DNA from: Clostridia bacterium
GTDB lineage: Bacteria; Bacillota; Clostridia; TANB77; CAG-508
DNA length: 64,000 nucleotides
Assembly (NCBI GenBank): GCA_900754085.1
Contig: CAAEBO010000057.1
Span: 7,578-71,577, forward strand
Direction of reading: 5' to 3'
Of the stretch, positions 37,232-45,486 are shown piece by piece. Under the pieces are notes generated by a model, which was not told where the DNA came from, did no database searches, and saw only the letters and a program-made list of their open reading frames with translations. The translations under genes were made by a program, and so were the position numbers. Each line of letters starts with the position of its first letter. Position 1 is the first letter of the stretch.

Positions 37232-37795
37232 ATGGTTAATAAATTACTAAAGATAATAGTTATATTATTAATTTTATGTGCTATAATGTATGTAGCTTTT
37301 GGAATATTCGGAGTACATAAAAAAATAGTAAGACAAATATACCCACAAAAATATTCTGAATATGTAGAAAAATATTCAAATGAATTTAATGTGGATTCAT
37401 TATTAATATATGCAATAATAAAAGCTGAAAGTAACTTTAAACCAGATGTTATTTCTAAAAGCAATGCTGTAGGATTAATGCAACTTATGGATGCAACAGC
37501 AAAAGATATGGCTAATAAATTGGGAATGGAATACAAAGAAGAAGATTTAAAAAATCCAGAAATAAATATAAAACTTGGAGTTAAATATTTTTCTACATTG
37601 TATGATAAATATAAAAATATCCCAATTTCATTAACAGCCTACAATGCAGGGAGTGGCAATGTTAATAAGTGGATTTCTGAAGATATTATTTCTTCAGATG
37701 GTTCTAATGTAGAAAATATTCCATTTAGAGAAACAAATAATTATGTAAGAAAAATATTAAGAGATTATGAAATTTATAAAGAAATTTATAAGTAG
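37232..37795 (+). CDS. Membrane-anchored lytic transglycosylase (SLT domain)
   Basis: AIIKAESNFKPDVISKSNAVGLMQLM and AYNAGSGNV. Confidence 0.85.
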   Translation: MVNKLLKIIVILLILCAIMYVAFGIFGVHKKIVRQIYPQKYSEYVEKYSNEFNVDSLLIYAIIKAESNFKPDVISKSNAVGLMQLMDATAKDMANKLGMEYKEEDLKNPEINIKLGVKYFSTLYDKYKNIPISLTAYNAGSGNVNKWISEDIISSDGSNVENIPFRETNNYVRKILRDYEIYKEIYK

Positions 37796-37827
37796 TAATA
37801 ATAAATTATAGTTAAGGAGGAAATGAT

Positions 37828-38832
37828 ATGTCAATTTTAGTTACAGGTGGTGCTGGATATATTGGTAGCCATACAGTAATAGAGCTACTAAATTCTGGTA
37901 GAGAAGTGGTAATTATAGATGATTTTTCTAATAGTAAACCAGAGGTATTAGACTCAATTAGAAAAATAACAGGTAAAGATTTTAAATTTTATGAAATTAA
38001 TTATTTAAATAAAAAAGAACTAGACAAAGTTTTTAAAGAGAATAATATTGAAGCTGTTTTAAATTTTGCAGGTTTTAAAGCAGTTGGAGAATCTGTTCAA
38101 AAACCTATAGAATATTATACAAATAATATTTCTGGAGCTTTAACTTTACTAGAAGTTATGAAAGAAAATAATGTTAAGAAATTTGTATTTAGCTCTTCAG
38201 CAACAGTATATGGTTCACCAGAAATTATACCAATTACAGAAGAATGTAAAACTGGTGGAACTACAAACCCATATGGGACAAGTAAATTGTTTATAGAGCA
38301 AATATTAAAAGATATATATGTGTCAGATAATAGTTGGGATATAGTAATTTTAAGATATTTTAATCCAATAGGAGCACATAAAAGTGGATTAATAGGTGAA
38401 GAACCACAAGGAATACCAAATAATTTAATGCCATATATAGTAAGAGTAGCAAATGGTACATTAAAGGAACTATCTGTGTTCGGAGATGACTATAATACTC
38501 CAGACGGTACAGGTGTAAGAGATTATATTCATGTTGTAGATTTAGCTAAAGGACATATTAACGCATTAGAAAAATTAGAAAAAGAAGGAAAAGGTTTATT
38601 TATATATAACCTGGGAACAGGAAAAGGATATAGTGTCTTAGATATGGTAAAAACATTTGAAGAAGCAACAGGAATGAAGGTTCCTTATAAAATAGCACCT
38701 AGAAGAGCAGGGGATATAGCTACTTGCTATTCTAATCCAACAAAAGCAAAAGAAGAATTAGGCTGGACTGCAGAAAAAGACTTAAAAGAAATGTGTATAG
38801 ATTCATGGAATTATATAAAAAATAAAATGTAA
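37828..38832 (+). CDS. galE: UDP-glucose 4-epimerase
   Basis: ILVTGGAGYIGSH, SSSATVYG, YGTSK, RYFNPIGAH. Confidence 0.9.
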   Translation: MSILVTGGAGYIGSHTVIELLNSGREVVIIDDFSNSKPEVLDSIRKITGKDFKFYEINYLNKKELDKVFKENNIEAVLNFAGFKAVGESVQKPIEYYTNNISGALTLLEVMKENNVKKFVFSSSATVYGSPEIIPITEECKTGGTTNPYGTSKLFIEQILKDIYVSDNSWDIVILRYFNPIGAHKSGLIGEEPQGIPNNLMPYIVRVANGTLKELSVFGDDYNTPDGTGVRDYIHVVDLAKGHINALEKLEKEGKGLFIYNLGTGKGYSVLDMVKTFEEATGMKVPYKIAPRRAGDIATCYSNPTKAKEELGWTAEKDLKEMCIDSWNYIKNKM

Positions 38833-38874
38833 GAATTTATAGTTGTTAGAATTAGATAAAAAATTTGGGTGAAA

Positions 38875-39762
38875 ATGGTGGAAGAAAATAAAGAAGGAAA
38901 AATTAAGAACAATAGCAATAAAATAGTATTTATATATAGAATTGTAGTATCAATTATAATGATTATTAGTATAATATTAGTATATATATTAAATCATTTA
39001 GGAGAAAGTAAGGAAGTTGATGCTATGGCAAATGTAATTAATCAAAACAGTATTACTGAAACAAATACTGTTGGAGAAGAACATATTACATCTGAAGAAA
39101 ATTTAAAAAAACTTAATGATTGGCGTTTAATTTTAGTGAATTATGAAAATGAAATGCCAAAAGATTATAATCCACCACTAAGCAGTATAGAAAAAGAAAG
39201 ACAATTTGATTCTAGAGCAATAAATAGTTTATTACAAATGATGATAGACATGAATAATGCAGGAATAACCCATATATGGGCACAATCTGCATACAGAAAC
39301 CCTAAAAAACAAGAGCATTTAATTCAAGAGAGTATACAAGAACATTTAGCAGAAGGAAAAACGCTAGAAGAAGCAAAAGCATTAACAGCAAGGTCTATAG
39401 GAGAACCCTATAAAAGCGAACATAACTTAGGATTAGCAGTAGACTTTAACGATGTAAACTATGAATTTGAAGAAGAAAAAGCATTTCCATGGCTTGTAGA
39501 AAACGCAGAAAACTATGGCTTCATACTAAGATATCCAAAAGACAAAGAAGAAATAACCAAAATAAAATACGAACCATGGCATTGGAGATATGTAGGAATA
39601 GAAAACGCAAAAGAAATAAACAAATTAGGATTTTGTTTAGAAGAATATATACAATACTTAAAAACTGGGAATCGGGATTCGGGGACGGACCTTAAAATCC
39701 CGGTTCATTTTTTTGTAAAAAATTTAAAAATTTTGCTAGATAAAAAATATATATTGTGGTAA
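38875..39762 (+). CDS. VanY-like D-alanyl-D-alanine carboxypeptidase (peptidase M15B); the 3' end runs through a palindromic repeat
   Basis: SAYRNPKKQ, SEHNLGLAVDF, EPWHWRYVG. The last ~30 codons (from about 39662) are encoded by repeat copy A and the following AT-rich DNA. Confidence 0.8.
   Translation: MVEENKEGKIKNNSNKIVFIYRIVVSIIMIISIILVYILNHLGESKEVDAMANVINQNSITETNTVGEEHITSEENLKKLNDWRLILVNYENEMPKDYNPPLSSIEKERQFDSRAINSLLQMMIDMNNAGITHIWAQSAYRNPKKQEHLIQESIQEHLAEGKTLEEAKALTARSIGEPYKSEHNLGLAVDFNDVNYEFEEEKAFPWLVENAENYGFILRYPKDKEEITKIKYEPWHWRYVGIENAKEINKLGFCLEEYIQYLKTGNRDSGTDLKIPVHFFVKNLKILLDKKYILW
39674..39701 (+). repeat. Palindromic dispersed repeat, copy A
   Basis: GGGATTCGGGGACGGACCTTAAAATCCC. 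Confidence 0.85.
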
Positions 39763-39801
39763 AATAACAAATGCGCTAAAAAGAAAGAAGGGAGAATAAA
39801 G

Positions 39802-41550
39802 ATGATAAAAGAATTATCAAAATATGTAAAACAATACAAAAAGTATGCAATTTTAACACCAATTATGGTTATTTTGGAAATCATAATGGAAGTTATAATT
39901 CCATATCTTATGGCAAAAATCATAGATGTAGGAATACAAAACAATGATTTAAACTATATTATAAAAATGGGAATAATGCTTGTTGTATCTGCAATAATGT
40001 CATTAATATTTGGAGTACTTTCTGGAAGGTTTGCAGCAACTGCGTCAGCAGGATTTGCGAAAAACTTAAGACAAGGAATGTTTTACAACATACAAAATTT
40101 TTCATTTACAAATATAGATAAATTTTCTACATCAAGTTTAGTAACAAGACTTACAACAGATGTAACAAATGTTCAAAATGCATTTCAAATGATTATAAGA
40201 TTATTAGTAAGAGGACCAGTGATGATAATATTTGCCTTAATTATGGCATTTTCAATAAATAAAAATTTATCATTTGTATATATAGCAACAATGCTTCCTC
40301 TTGCAATTTTACTAGCATTTATATCTTTTAAAGCTCATCCTTATTTTGAAAAAGTATTTAAAAAATATGATGAATTAAATAGAGTAGTTGGAGAAAATTT
40401 AAGTGCTATTAGAGTTGTAAAATCATTTGCAACAGAAAAATTTGAAGAAGATAAATTTGAGAAAGTAAACTTATTAGTATATAAATTATTTAAAAAAGCA
40501 GAGAAAATTGTAATATTTAATAGCCCATTAATGCAAATTGCGATATATGGCTGTGTATTACTATTATCTTGGCTTGGGGCAAAAGCAATTGTAGTAGGAA
40601 GTATGCAAACAGGAGAACTTTCTAGCTTAATTACATATGCTTGGCAAATTCTTTCAAGTTTAATGATGCTTTCTATGGTATTAGTTATGATAATAATATC
40701 ACAATCATCTGCGGAAAGAATTATAGAAGTAATTAATGAGGATTCAACTATAAAAAATAAAGAAAATCCTATAAAAGAAATTAAAGATGGAAGTATAGAA
40801 TTTATAGATGTTGATTTCCAATATGATGATGCAAAAGCAAATGAAATGCTACCGTTAGAAGATATAAACTTAAAGATAAATTCTGGAGAAACTGTTGGAA
40901 TTTTGGGTGGAACAGGTAGCTCTAAAACTTCTTTAGTAAACTTAATACCTAGATTGTATGATGTAAAATCAGGCTTTGTAAAAGTTGGGGGAGTAGATGT
41001 AAGAAACTATGAACTTAATGCTTTAAGAGATGAAGTTGCTATGGTATTACAAAAAAATGTACTATTTTCTGGAACTATTGCAGAAAACTTAAGATGGGGA
41101 AATAAAGATGCTACAGACGAAGAATTAATAGAAGCTTGTAAATTATCACAAGCAGATAGTTTTATACAAGAATTACCAGATAAATATAATACTGTATTAG
41201 ACCAAGGTGGGACAAATGTTTCTGGAGGTCAAAAACAAAGAATTTGTATTGCCAGAGCATTACTAAAGAAACCTAAAATACTAATTTTAGATGACTCTAC
41301 TAGTGCAGTAGATACAAAAACAGATTCATTAATAAGAAAAGCTTTTAAAGAAAAAATACCAAATACAACAAAAATTATAATAGCACAAAGGGTAAGTTCT
41401 ATTATAGACGCAGACAAAATAATTGTTATGGATAATGGTAAGATAGATGGAATTGGCACATCTGAAGAATTACTAAAAACAAATAAAATTTATAAGGAAG
41501 TATATGAATCTCAAATGGGAGGAGATGACAAAGAAAATGAAAAAGAGTAG
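39802..41550 (+). CDS. ABC exporter, fused permease-ATPase (heterodimer subunit 1)
   Basis: Six-TM N-terminal half. GGTGSSKTS Walker A, VSGGQKQR signature, ILILDDSTSAVD Walker B. Confidence 0.9.
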   Translation: MIKELSKYVKQYKKYAILTPIMVILEIIMEVIIPYLMAKIIDVGIQNNDLNYIIKMGIMLVVSAIMSLIFGVLSGRFAATASAGFAKNLRQGMFYNIQNFSFTNIDKFSTSSLVTRLTTDVTNVQNAFQMIIRLLVRGPVMIIFALIMAFSINKNLSFVYIATMLPLAILLAFISFKAHPYFEKVFKKYDELNRVVGENLSAIRVVKSFATEKFEEDKFEKVNLLVYKLFKKAEKIVIFNSPLMQIAIYGCVLLLSWLGAKAIVVGSMQTGELSSLITYAWQILSSLMMLSMVLVMIIISQSSAERIIEVINEDSTIKNKENPIKEIKDGSIEFIDVDFQYDDAKANEMLPLEDINLKINSGETVGILGGTGSSKTSLVNLIPRLYDVKSGFVKVGGVDVRNYELNALRDEVAMVLQKNVLFSGTIAENLRWGNKDATDEELIEACKLSQADSFIQELPDKYNTVLDQGGTNVSGGQKQRICIARALLKKPKILILDDSTSAVDTKTDSLIRKAFKEKIPNTTKIIIAQRVSSIIDADKIIVMDNGKIDGIGTSEELLKTNKIYKEVYESQMGGDDKENEKE

Positions 41551-43390
41551 AAAAAATACAGCTTTTAGATTACTAAAATATTCTATGGGAGGATATAAAT
41601 TACAGTTCGTAATAGTTTTAATTACTATAATAATAAGTGCTACAACAAGCGTTATAGGAATACAATTTATTCAAAAACTTATAGATAATTACATTATTCC
41701 ACTTATAGGTAACCAAAACCCTAACTATACATCATTATTACATGCTATAGTTACTATGGGAGGTATATATTTAATAGGAATTATAGCTACATATATTTAT
41801 AACAGATTAATGTTAAATATAACACAAGGAACACTTAAAAAAATCAGAACAGATATGTTTAAACATATGCAGAAATTGCCAATAGGTTACTTTGACAGCA
41901 ATAATCATGGGGAAATTATGAGTACATATACAAATGACGTAGATACTTTAAGAGAAGCAATAAGCCAAAGTATACCTCAAATTTTTTCAGCTATAGTTTC
42001 TATGCTTGCAATATTAATATCTATGATTATAACAAATGTATATTTAACAGGAATTGTTCTTGCAATGGTTATAATAATGATGTTTGTATCTAAATTTTTT
42101 GCAAAACATAGTTCAAAACATTTTATAAATCAACAAAAAAATATTAGTAAGGTTGATGGATATATAGAAGAGATGATGAATGGGCAAAAAGTAGTTAAAG
42201 TATTTTGCTACGAAGAACGTTCTAAACAAAAATTTGACGAATTAAATGAAGAGTTATTCCAAAGTAGTAAAAAAGCCAATTCTTATGCAAATACATTGAT
42301 GCCATGTATAATGAATATTGGAAATATAGGTTATGTACTAGTTGCAGTAATAGGAGGAATTTTAGCAGTAAACCAAGTTCTTACAATAGGTAGTATTGCA
42401 GCATTTTTACAATATATAAAGGCTTTTACAAATCCATTAGGACAAGTTTCACAACAAATTAATTTTATTGCTATGGCTTTAGCTGGAGCAGAAAGAATAT
42501 TTGACTTAATAGATGAAAAAGTAGAAGAAGATGATGGCTATGTAACTCTTGTAAATGCTAAAGAAGAAAACGGAAAAATAGTAGAAGTTGAAGAGAGAAC
42601 AGGCCTTTGGGCATGGAAACATCCACATAGTGATGGAAGCATTACATATACTAAATTATGTGGAAATGTAGAATTTGAAGATGTAAATTTTGGTTATGTT
42701 AAAGACAAACAAATTTTATATAATATAAGTTTAGATGCAAAAGAAGGTGAAAAAGTTTCTTTTGTAGGACCAACGGGAGCTGGAAAAACTACTATTACAA
42801 ACTTAATAAATCGTTTTTACGATATTCAAAGTGGAAAGATTAGATATGATGGAATTAATATAAATAAAATGAAAAAAGACGATTTAAGAAGATCACTAGG
42901 AGTAGTTTTACAAGACACACATTTATTTACTGGAACAATAAAAGAAAATATAAAATATGGAAATATGAATGCAACAGATGAAGAAGTTATTGCTGCAGCG
43001 AAACTTGCAAATGCAGATAGATTTATAAGACATTTGCCACACGCGTATGATACAGAAATAACAGGTGATGGAGAAGGCTTATCTCAAGGGCAAAGGCAAT
43101 TACTAGCCATTGCAAGAGCAGCACTTTATAATCCACCAGTATTAATATTAGATGAAGCAACAAGTTCTATAGATACACGTACAGAGAAAATTGTACAAGA
43201 CGGAATGGATAAATTAATGAAAGGTAGAACAGTATTTGTTATTGCACATAGATTATCTACAATAAGAAATTCAGATTTAATAATGGTTCTAGACCATGGA
43301 CATATTATAGAAAGAGGAAATCATGACGATTTAATAAAAAATAATGGAATGTATTATGGCCTATATACTGGAGCTATAGAGATAGAGTAA
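41504..43390 (+). CDS. ABC exporter, fused permease-ATPase (heterodimer subunit 2); the start may be ATG 41537
   Basis: GPTGAGKTT, LSQGQRQL, VLILDEATSSID. GGGAGGAG at 41517-41524 favours the ATG at 41537. Confidence 0.9.
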   Translation: MNLKWEEMTKKMKKSRKNTAFRLLKYSMGGYKLQFVIVLITIIISATTSVIGIQFIQKLIDNYIIPLIGNQNPNYTSLLHAIVTMGGIYLIGIIATYIYNRLMLNITQGTLKKIRTDMFKHMQKLPIGYFDSNNHGEIMSTYTNDVDTLREAISQSIPQIFSAIVSMLAILISMIITNVYLTGIVLAMVIIMMFVSKFFAKHSSKHFINQQKNISKVDGYIEEMMNGQKVVKVFCYEERSKQKFDELNEELFQSSKKANSYANTLMPCIMNIGNIGYVLVAVIGGILAVNQVLTIGSIAAFLQYIKAFTNPLGQVSQQINFIAMALAGAERIFDLIDEKVEEDDGYVTLVNAKEENGKIVEVEERTGLWAWKHPHSDGSITYTKLCGNVEFEDVNFGYVKDKQILYNISLDAKEGEKVSFVGPTGAGKTTITNLINRFYDIQSGKIRYDGININKMKKDDLRRSLGVVLQDTHLFTGTIKENIKYGNMNATDEEVIAAAKLANADRFIRHLPHAYDTEITGDGEGLSQGQRQLLAIARAALYNPPVLILDEATSSIDTRTEKIVQDGMDKLMKGRTVFVIAHRLSTIRNSDLIMVLDHGHIIERGNHDDLIKNNGMYYGLYTGAIEIE

Positions 43391-43444
43391 AATATTATAT
43401 TAAAAAAATACCCATAAAATATGAAAAAAAGAGCTAAAATAACA

Positions 43445-43473
43445 GGGATTTTAAGGTACGTCCCCAAAATCCC
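43445..43473 (-). repeat. Palindromic dispersed repeat, copy E (inverted orientation)
   Basis: GGGATTTTAAGGTACGTCCCCAAAATCCC. The stem extends to CAGGGATTTT / AAAATCCCTG. Confidence 0.8.
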
Positions 43474-43491
43474 TGCAGAAAAGAATGTTGA

Positions 43492-43520
43492 TTGACAAAT
43501 AAAACTAATTAAGTTATTAT
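43492..43520 (+). promoter_or_regulatory. Sigma-A-type promoter of the asp23 operon
   Basis: TTGACA (43492-43497), 17-nt spacer, TATTAT (43515-43520). Confidence 0.6.
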
Positions 43521-43577
43521 ATAAATAGGTATATTGGAAATAATTTATATTAAATAATATTTTAAGGAGGTATTATT

Positions 43578-43961
43578 ATGGACGAAGAAAAAATTGTAGA
43601 ACAAGAAATTAATGTGGCTAATGAAGTTGTGGCTACTATTGCTGGTATGGCGGTTTCTAAGGTTGATGGTGTTGCAAAAATGGCAGGAGGATTTACAGAA
43701 GGTCTTAAAGCCATAGGTGGAAAAAAACAAATGTCAAGAGGAATTAAAGTAGAAGCAGATGGAGAGAATGTAAAGATAGAAATAAATATTATTGTAAGAT
43801 ACGGAGTAAACATAAGAGAAGTAGGAAAGAATATTCAAGAAAAAGTTAAAGAAGAAGTAGAAAATATGACAGGAAATAAAGTTGACAGAGTTGTTGTTAA
43901 TGTTCAAGGTGTAAAAGTTGATGATGATACAGAGGAAAAGATAGATAATATGGAGGAATAA
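43578..43961 (+). CDS. Asp23/Gls24-family alkaline shock protein
   Basis: VANEVVATIAGMAVSKVDGVA ... VRYGVNIREVGKNIQEKVKEEVENMTG. Confidence 0.85.
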   Translation: MDEEKIVEQEINVANEVVATIAGMAVSKVDGVAKMAGGFTEGLKAIGGKKQMSRGIKVEADGENVKIEINIIVRYGVNIREVGKNIQEKVKEEVENMTGNKVDRVVVNVQGVKVDDDTEEKIDNMEE

Positions 43962-43965
43962 TGTT

Positions 43966-44508
43966 ATGGACCAAATAAAAGATTTGTTAAAGAAATCTGG
44001 TACGTCTAATATATTGGTATCAATAATTTTTGGACTATTTGGAGTAATATTATGCATTTTGAATGAAGGAGCAGTAAAAGTAATTTCTTGTTTAATAGGT
44101 TTGCTATTTATAATAATAGGAGTGGCAAGACTAGTAAACTATGTAAAAGGAAGAGGAATAGGTGAACATTTTAATTTTGACTTATTGTGTGGCTTAGTTG
44201 CAACAGTTCTTGGGGGTGCAGCTATAATTTATACAGATGCAATAGGTATAATATTAAGATTAATAGTAGGAACATGGATTGTATATAGTGGTATAACAAG
44301 AACTTATTTATCTTTAAAATTAAAAGTTTTTAATTCATCAATATGGATAATTAGTTTAGTATTATCAATTTTAATGGTTATATTTGGTATATATATTATG
44401 CTAAATAGTGGGGCAATTGTAACATTAATTGGTTCATTAATGATTGCATATGCAATAATAGATATAATAGAAAGTATAATTTTTATAAAGAAAATAAAAC
44501 AATTTTAA
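43966..44508 (+). CDS. DUF308/HdeD-like membrane protein
   Basis: Six hydrophobic helices. Typical position downstream of asp23. Confidence 0.6.
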   Translation: MDQIKDLLKKSGTSNILVSIIFGLFGVILCILNEGAVKVISCLIGLLFIIIGVARLVNYVKGRGIGEHFNFDLLCGLVATVLGGAAIIYTDAIGIILRLIVGTWIVYSGITRTYLSLKLKVFNSSIWIISLVLSILMVIFGIYIMLNSGAIVTLIGSLMIAYAIIDIIESIIFIKKIKQF

Positions 44509-44512
44509 AAAG

Positions 44513-44568
44513 AGAATACAAGATTACATAGTATAATTTAGTACTAAAAATCTTGTATTCTTTTTTTT
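44513..44568 (+). terminator. Terminator of the asp23 operon
   Basis: AGAATACAAGATT / AATCTTGTATTCT, a 13-bp stem followed by T8. Confidence 0.8.
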
Positions 44569-44768
44569 GAATAAAAAATTTTGAACAATTATTTTATTTA
44601 CAAATAAAACACAATTAGGGAATAATTTGGATATAATTAACATGTAAAATATATCCATAGTAACCAGAAAGGGGTGACGCTAAATTAGAAAATAATATTA
44701 TTAAATCTCAAAAAGAGATATTTAAAAACGAAAAGATAACAATAAAAAGCGACATTTTTAATAAATTG

Positions 44769-45326
44769 ATGTCAGTATACTCACTAAGCATAGAACAAAT
44801 TAGAAAAATTGTTGAAGAGTGGGAGGTGAAGTACAAGGAAATAAATTTAATAGATCATGTTAAATATAGAATTAAAAGTCCTAAAAGTATAATAAACAAA
44901 ATGAAAAAGAAAAATTATGAATTAAATTATTCAGAACTTATAGAAAAAATAAATGATGTAGCAGGAATTAGAATTATTTGTCCGTTCAAAGAAAATGTTT
45001 ATATAGTAAGACAACTAATAATGGAAAATCCAAACATACATATATTAGATGAAAAAGATTATATTCAAAATCCTAAAAAAAGTGGTTATTCCAGTCTACA
45101 TTTAATTATAGAAATACCTGTAGAAACAGAACTTGGAAAAGTATATGTGAAGGCAGAAATACAAATAAGAACAATGGCTATGGATTTTTGGGCTAGTTTG
45201 GAACATGAACTTAAATATAAAAATAATAACATTACCAAAGCAGCTTCTAAGAAACTATTAAAAGCAGCTAAAGTGATGAAAAAACTAGATGCTGAAATGT
45301 CAGTAATAGCAAATGAAATACGTTAA
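44769..45326 (+). CDS. Small alarmone synthetase (RelQ/RelP-type GTP pyrophosphokinase); start uncertain
   Basis: DVAGIRIICPF, GYSSLHLII, EIQIRTMAMDFWASLEHELKYK. Confidence 0.8.
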   Translation: MSVYSLSIEQIRKIVEEWEVKYKEINLIDHVKYRIKSPKSIINKMKKKNYELNYSELIEKINDVAGIRIICPFKENVYIVRQLIMENPNIHILDEKDYIQNPKKSGYSSLHLIIEIPVETELGKVYVKAEIQIRTMAMDFWASLEHELKYKNNNITKAASKKLLKAAKVMKKLDAEMSVIANEIR

Positions 45327-45348
45327 ATTCCCCTTTTATTAAATATAT

Positions 45349-45388
45349 AAAGCTACCTTAAGAAAAATATTCTGAAGGTAGCTTTTAA
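45349..45388 (+). terminator. Terminator after the alarmone synthetase gene
   Basis: AAAGCTACCTT / AAGGTAGCTTT, a perfect 11-bp stem. Confidence 0.7.
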
Positions 45389-45486
45389 AATTGAATAAAT
45401 TATTTGTATTTTTATAAATAATATAGTAATATAGTGTAGTATATGATAAAATAATAAAACAATGCGAAAGAAAAGGAGTGTAATAT

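Noticed and set aside
37207-37239. 10-codon upstream ORF (MIEYHTMKNG) with an AAGGAG Shine-Dalgarno overlapping the start of the lytic transglycosylase gene
   Set aside because: It may provide translational coupling, but it is too short and unremarkable to call as a regulatory leader. No associated RNA structure was seen.
39681-39692. The GGGGACGGTCC core of the repeats as guanidine-II (mini-ykkC) ACGR-loop hairpins
   Set aside because: The pairing around ACGG is poor (G.U closing pairs). Copies occur downstream of unrelated genes in both orientations, not as tandem hairpins upstream of transporter genes.
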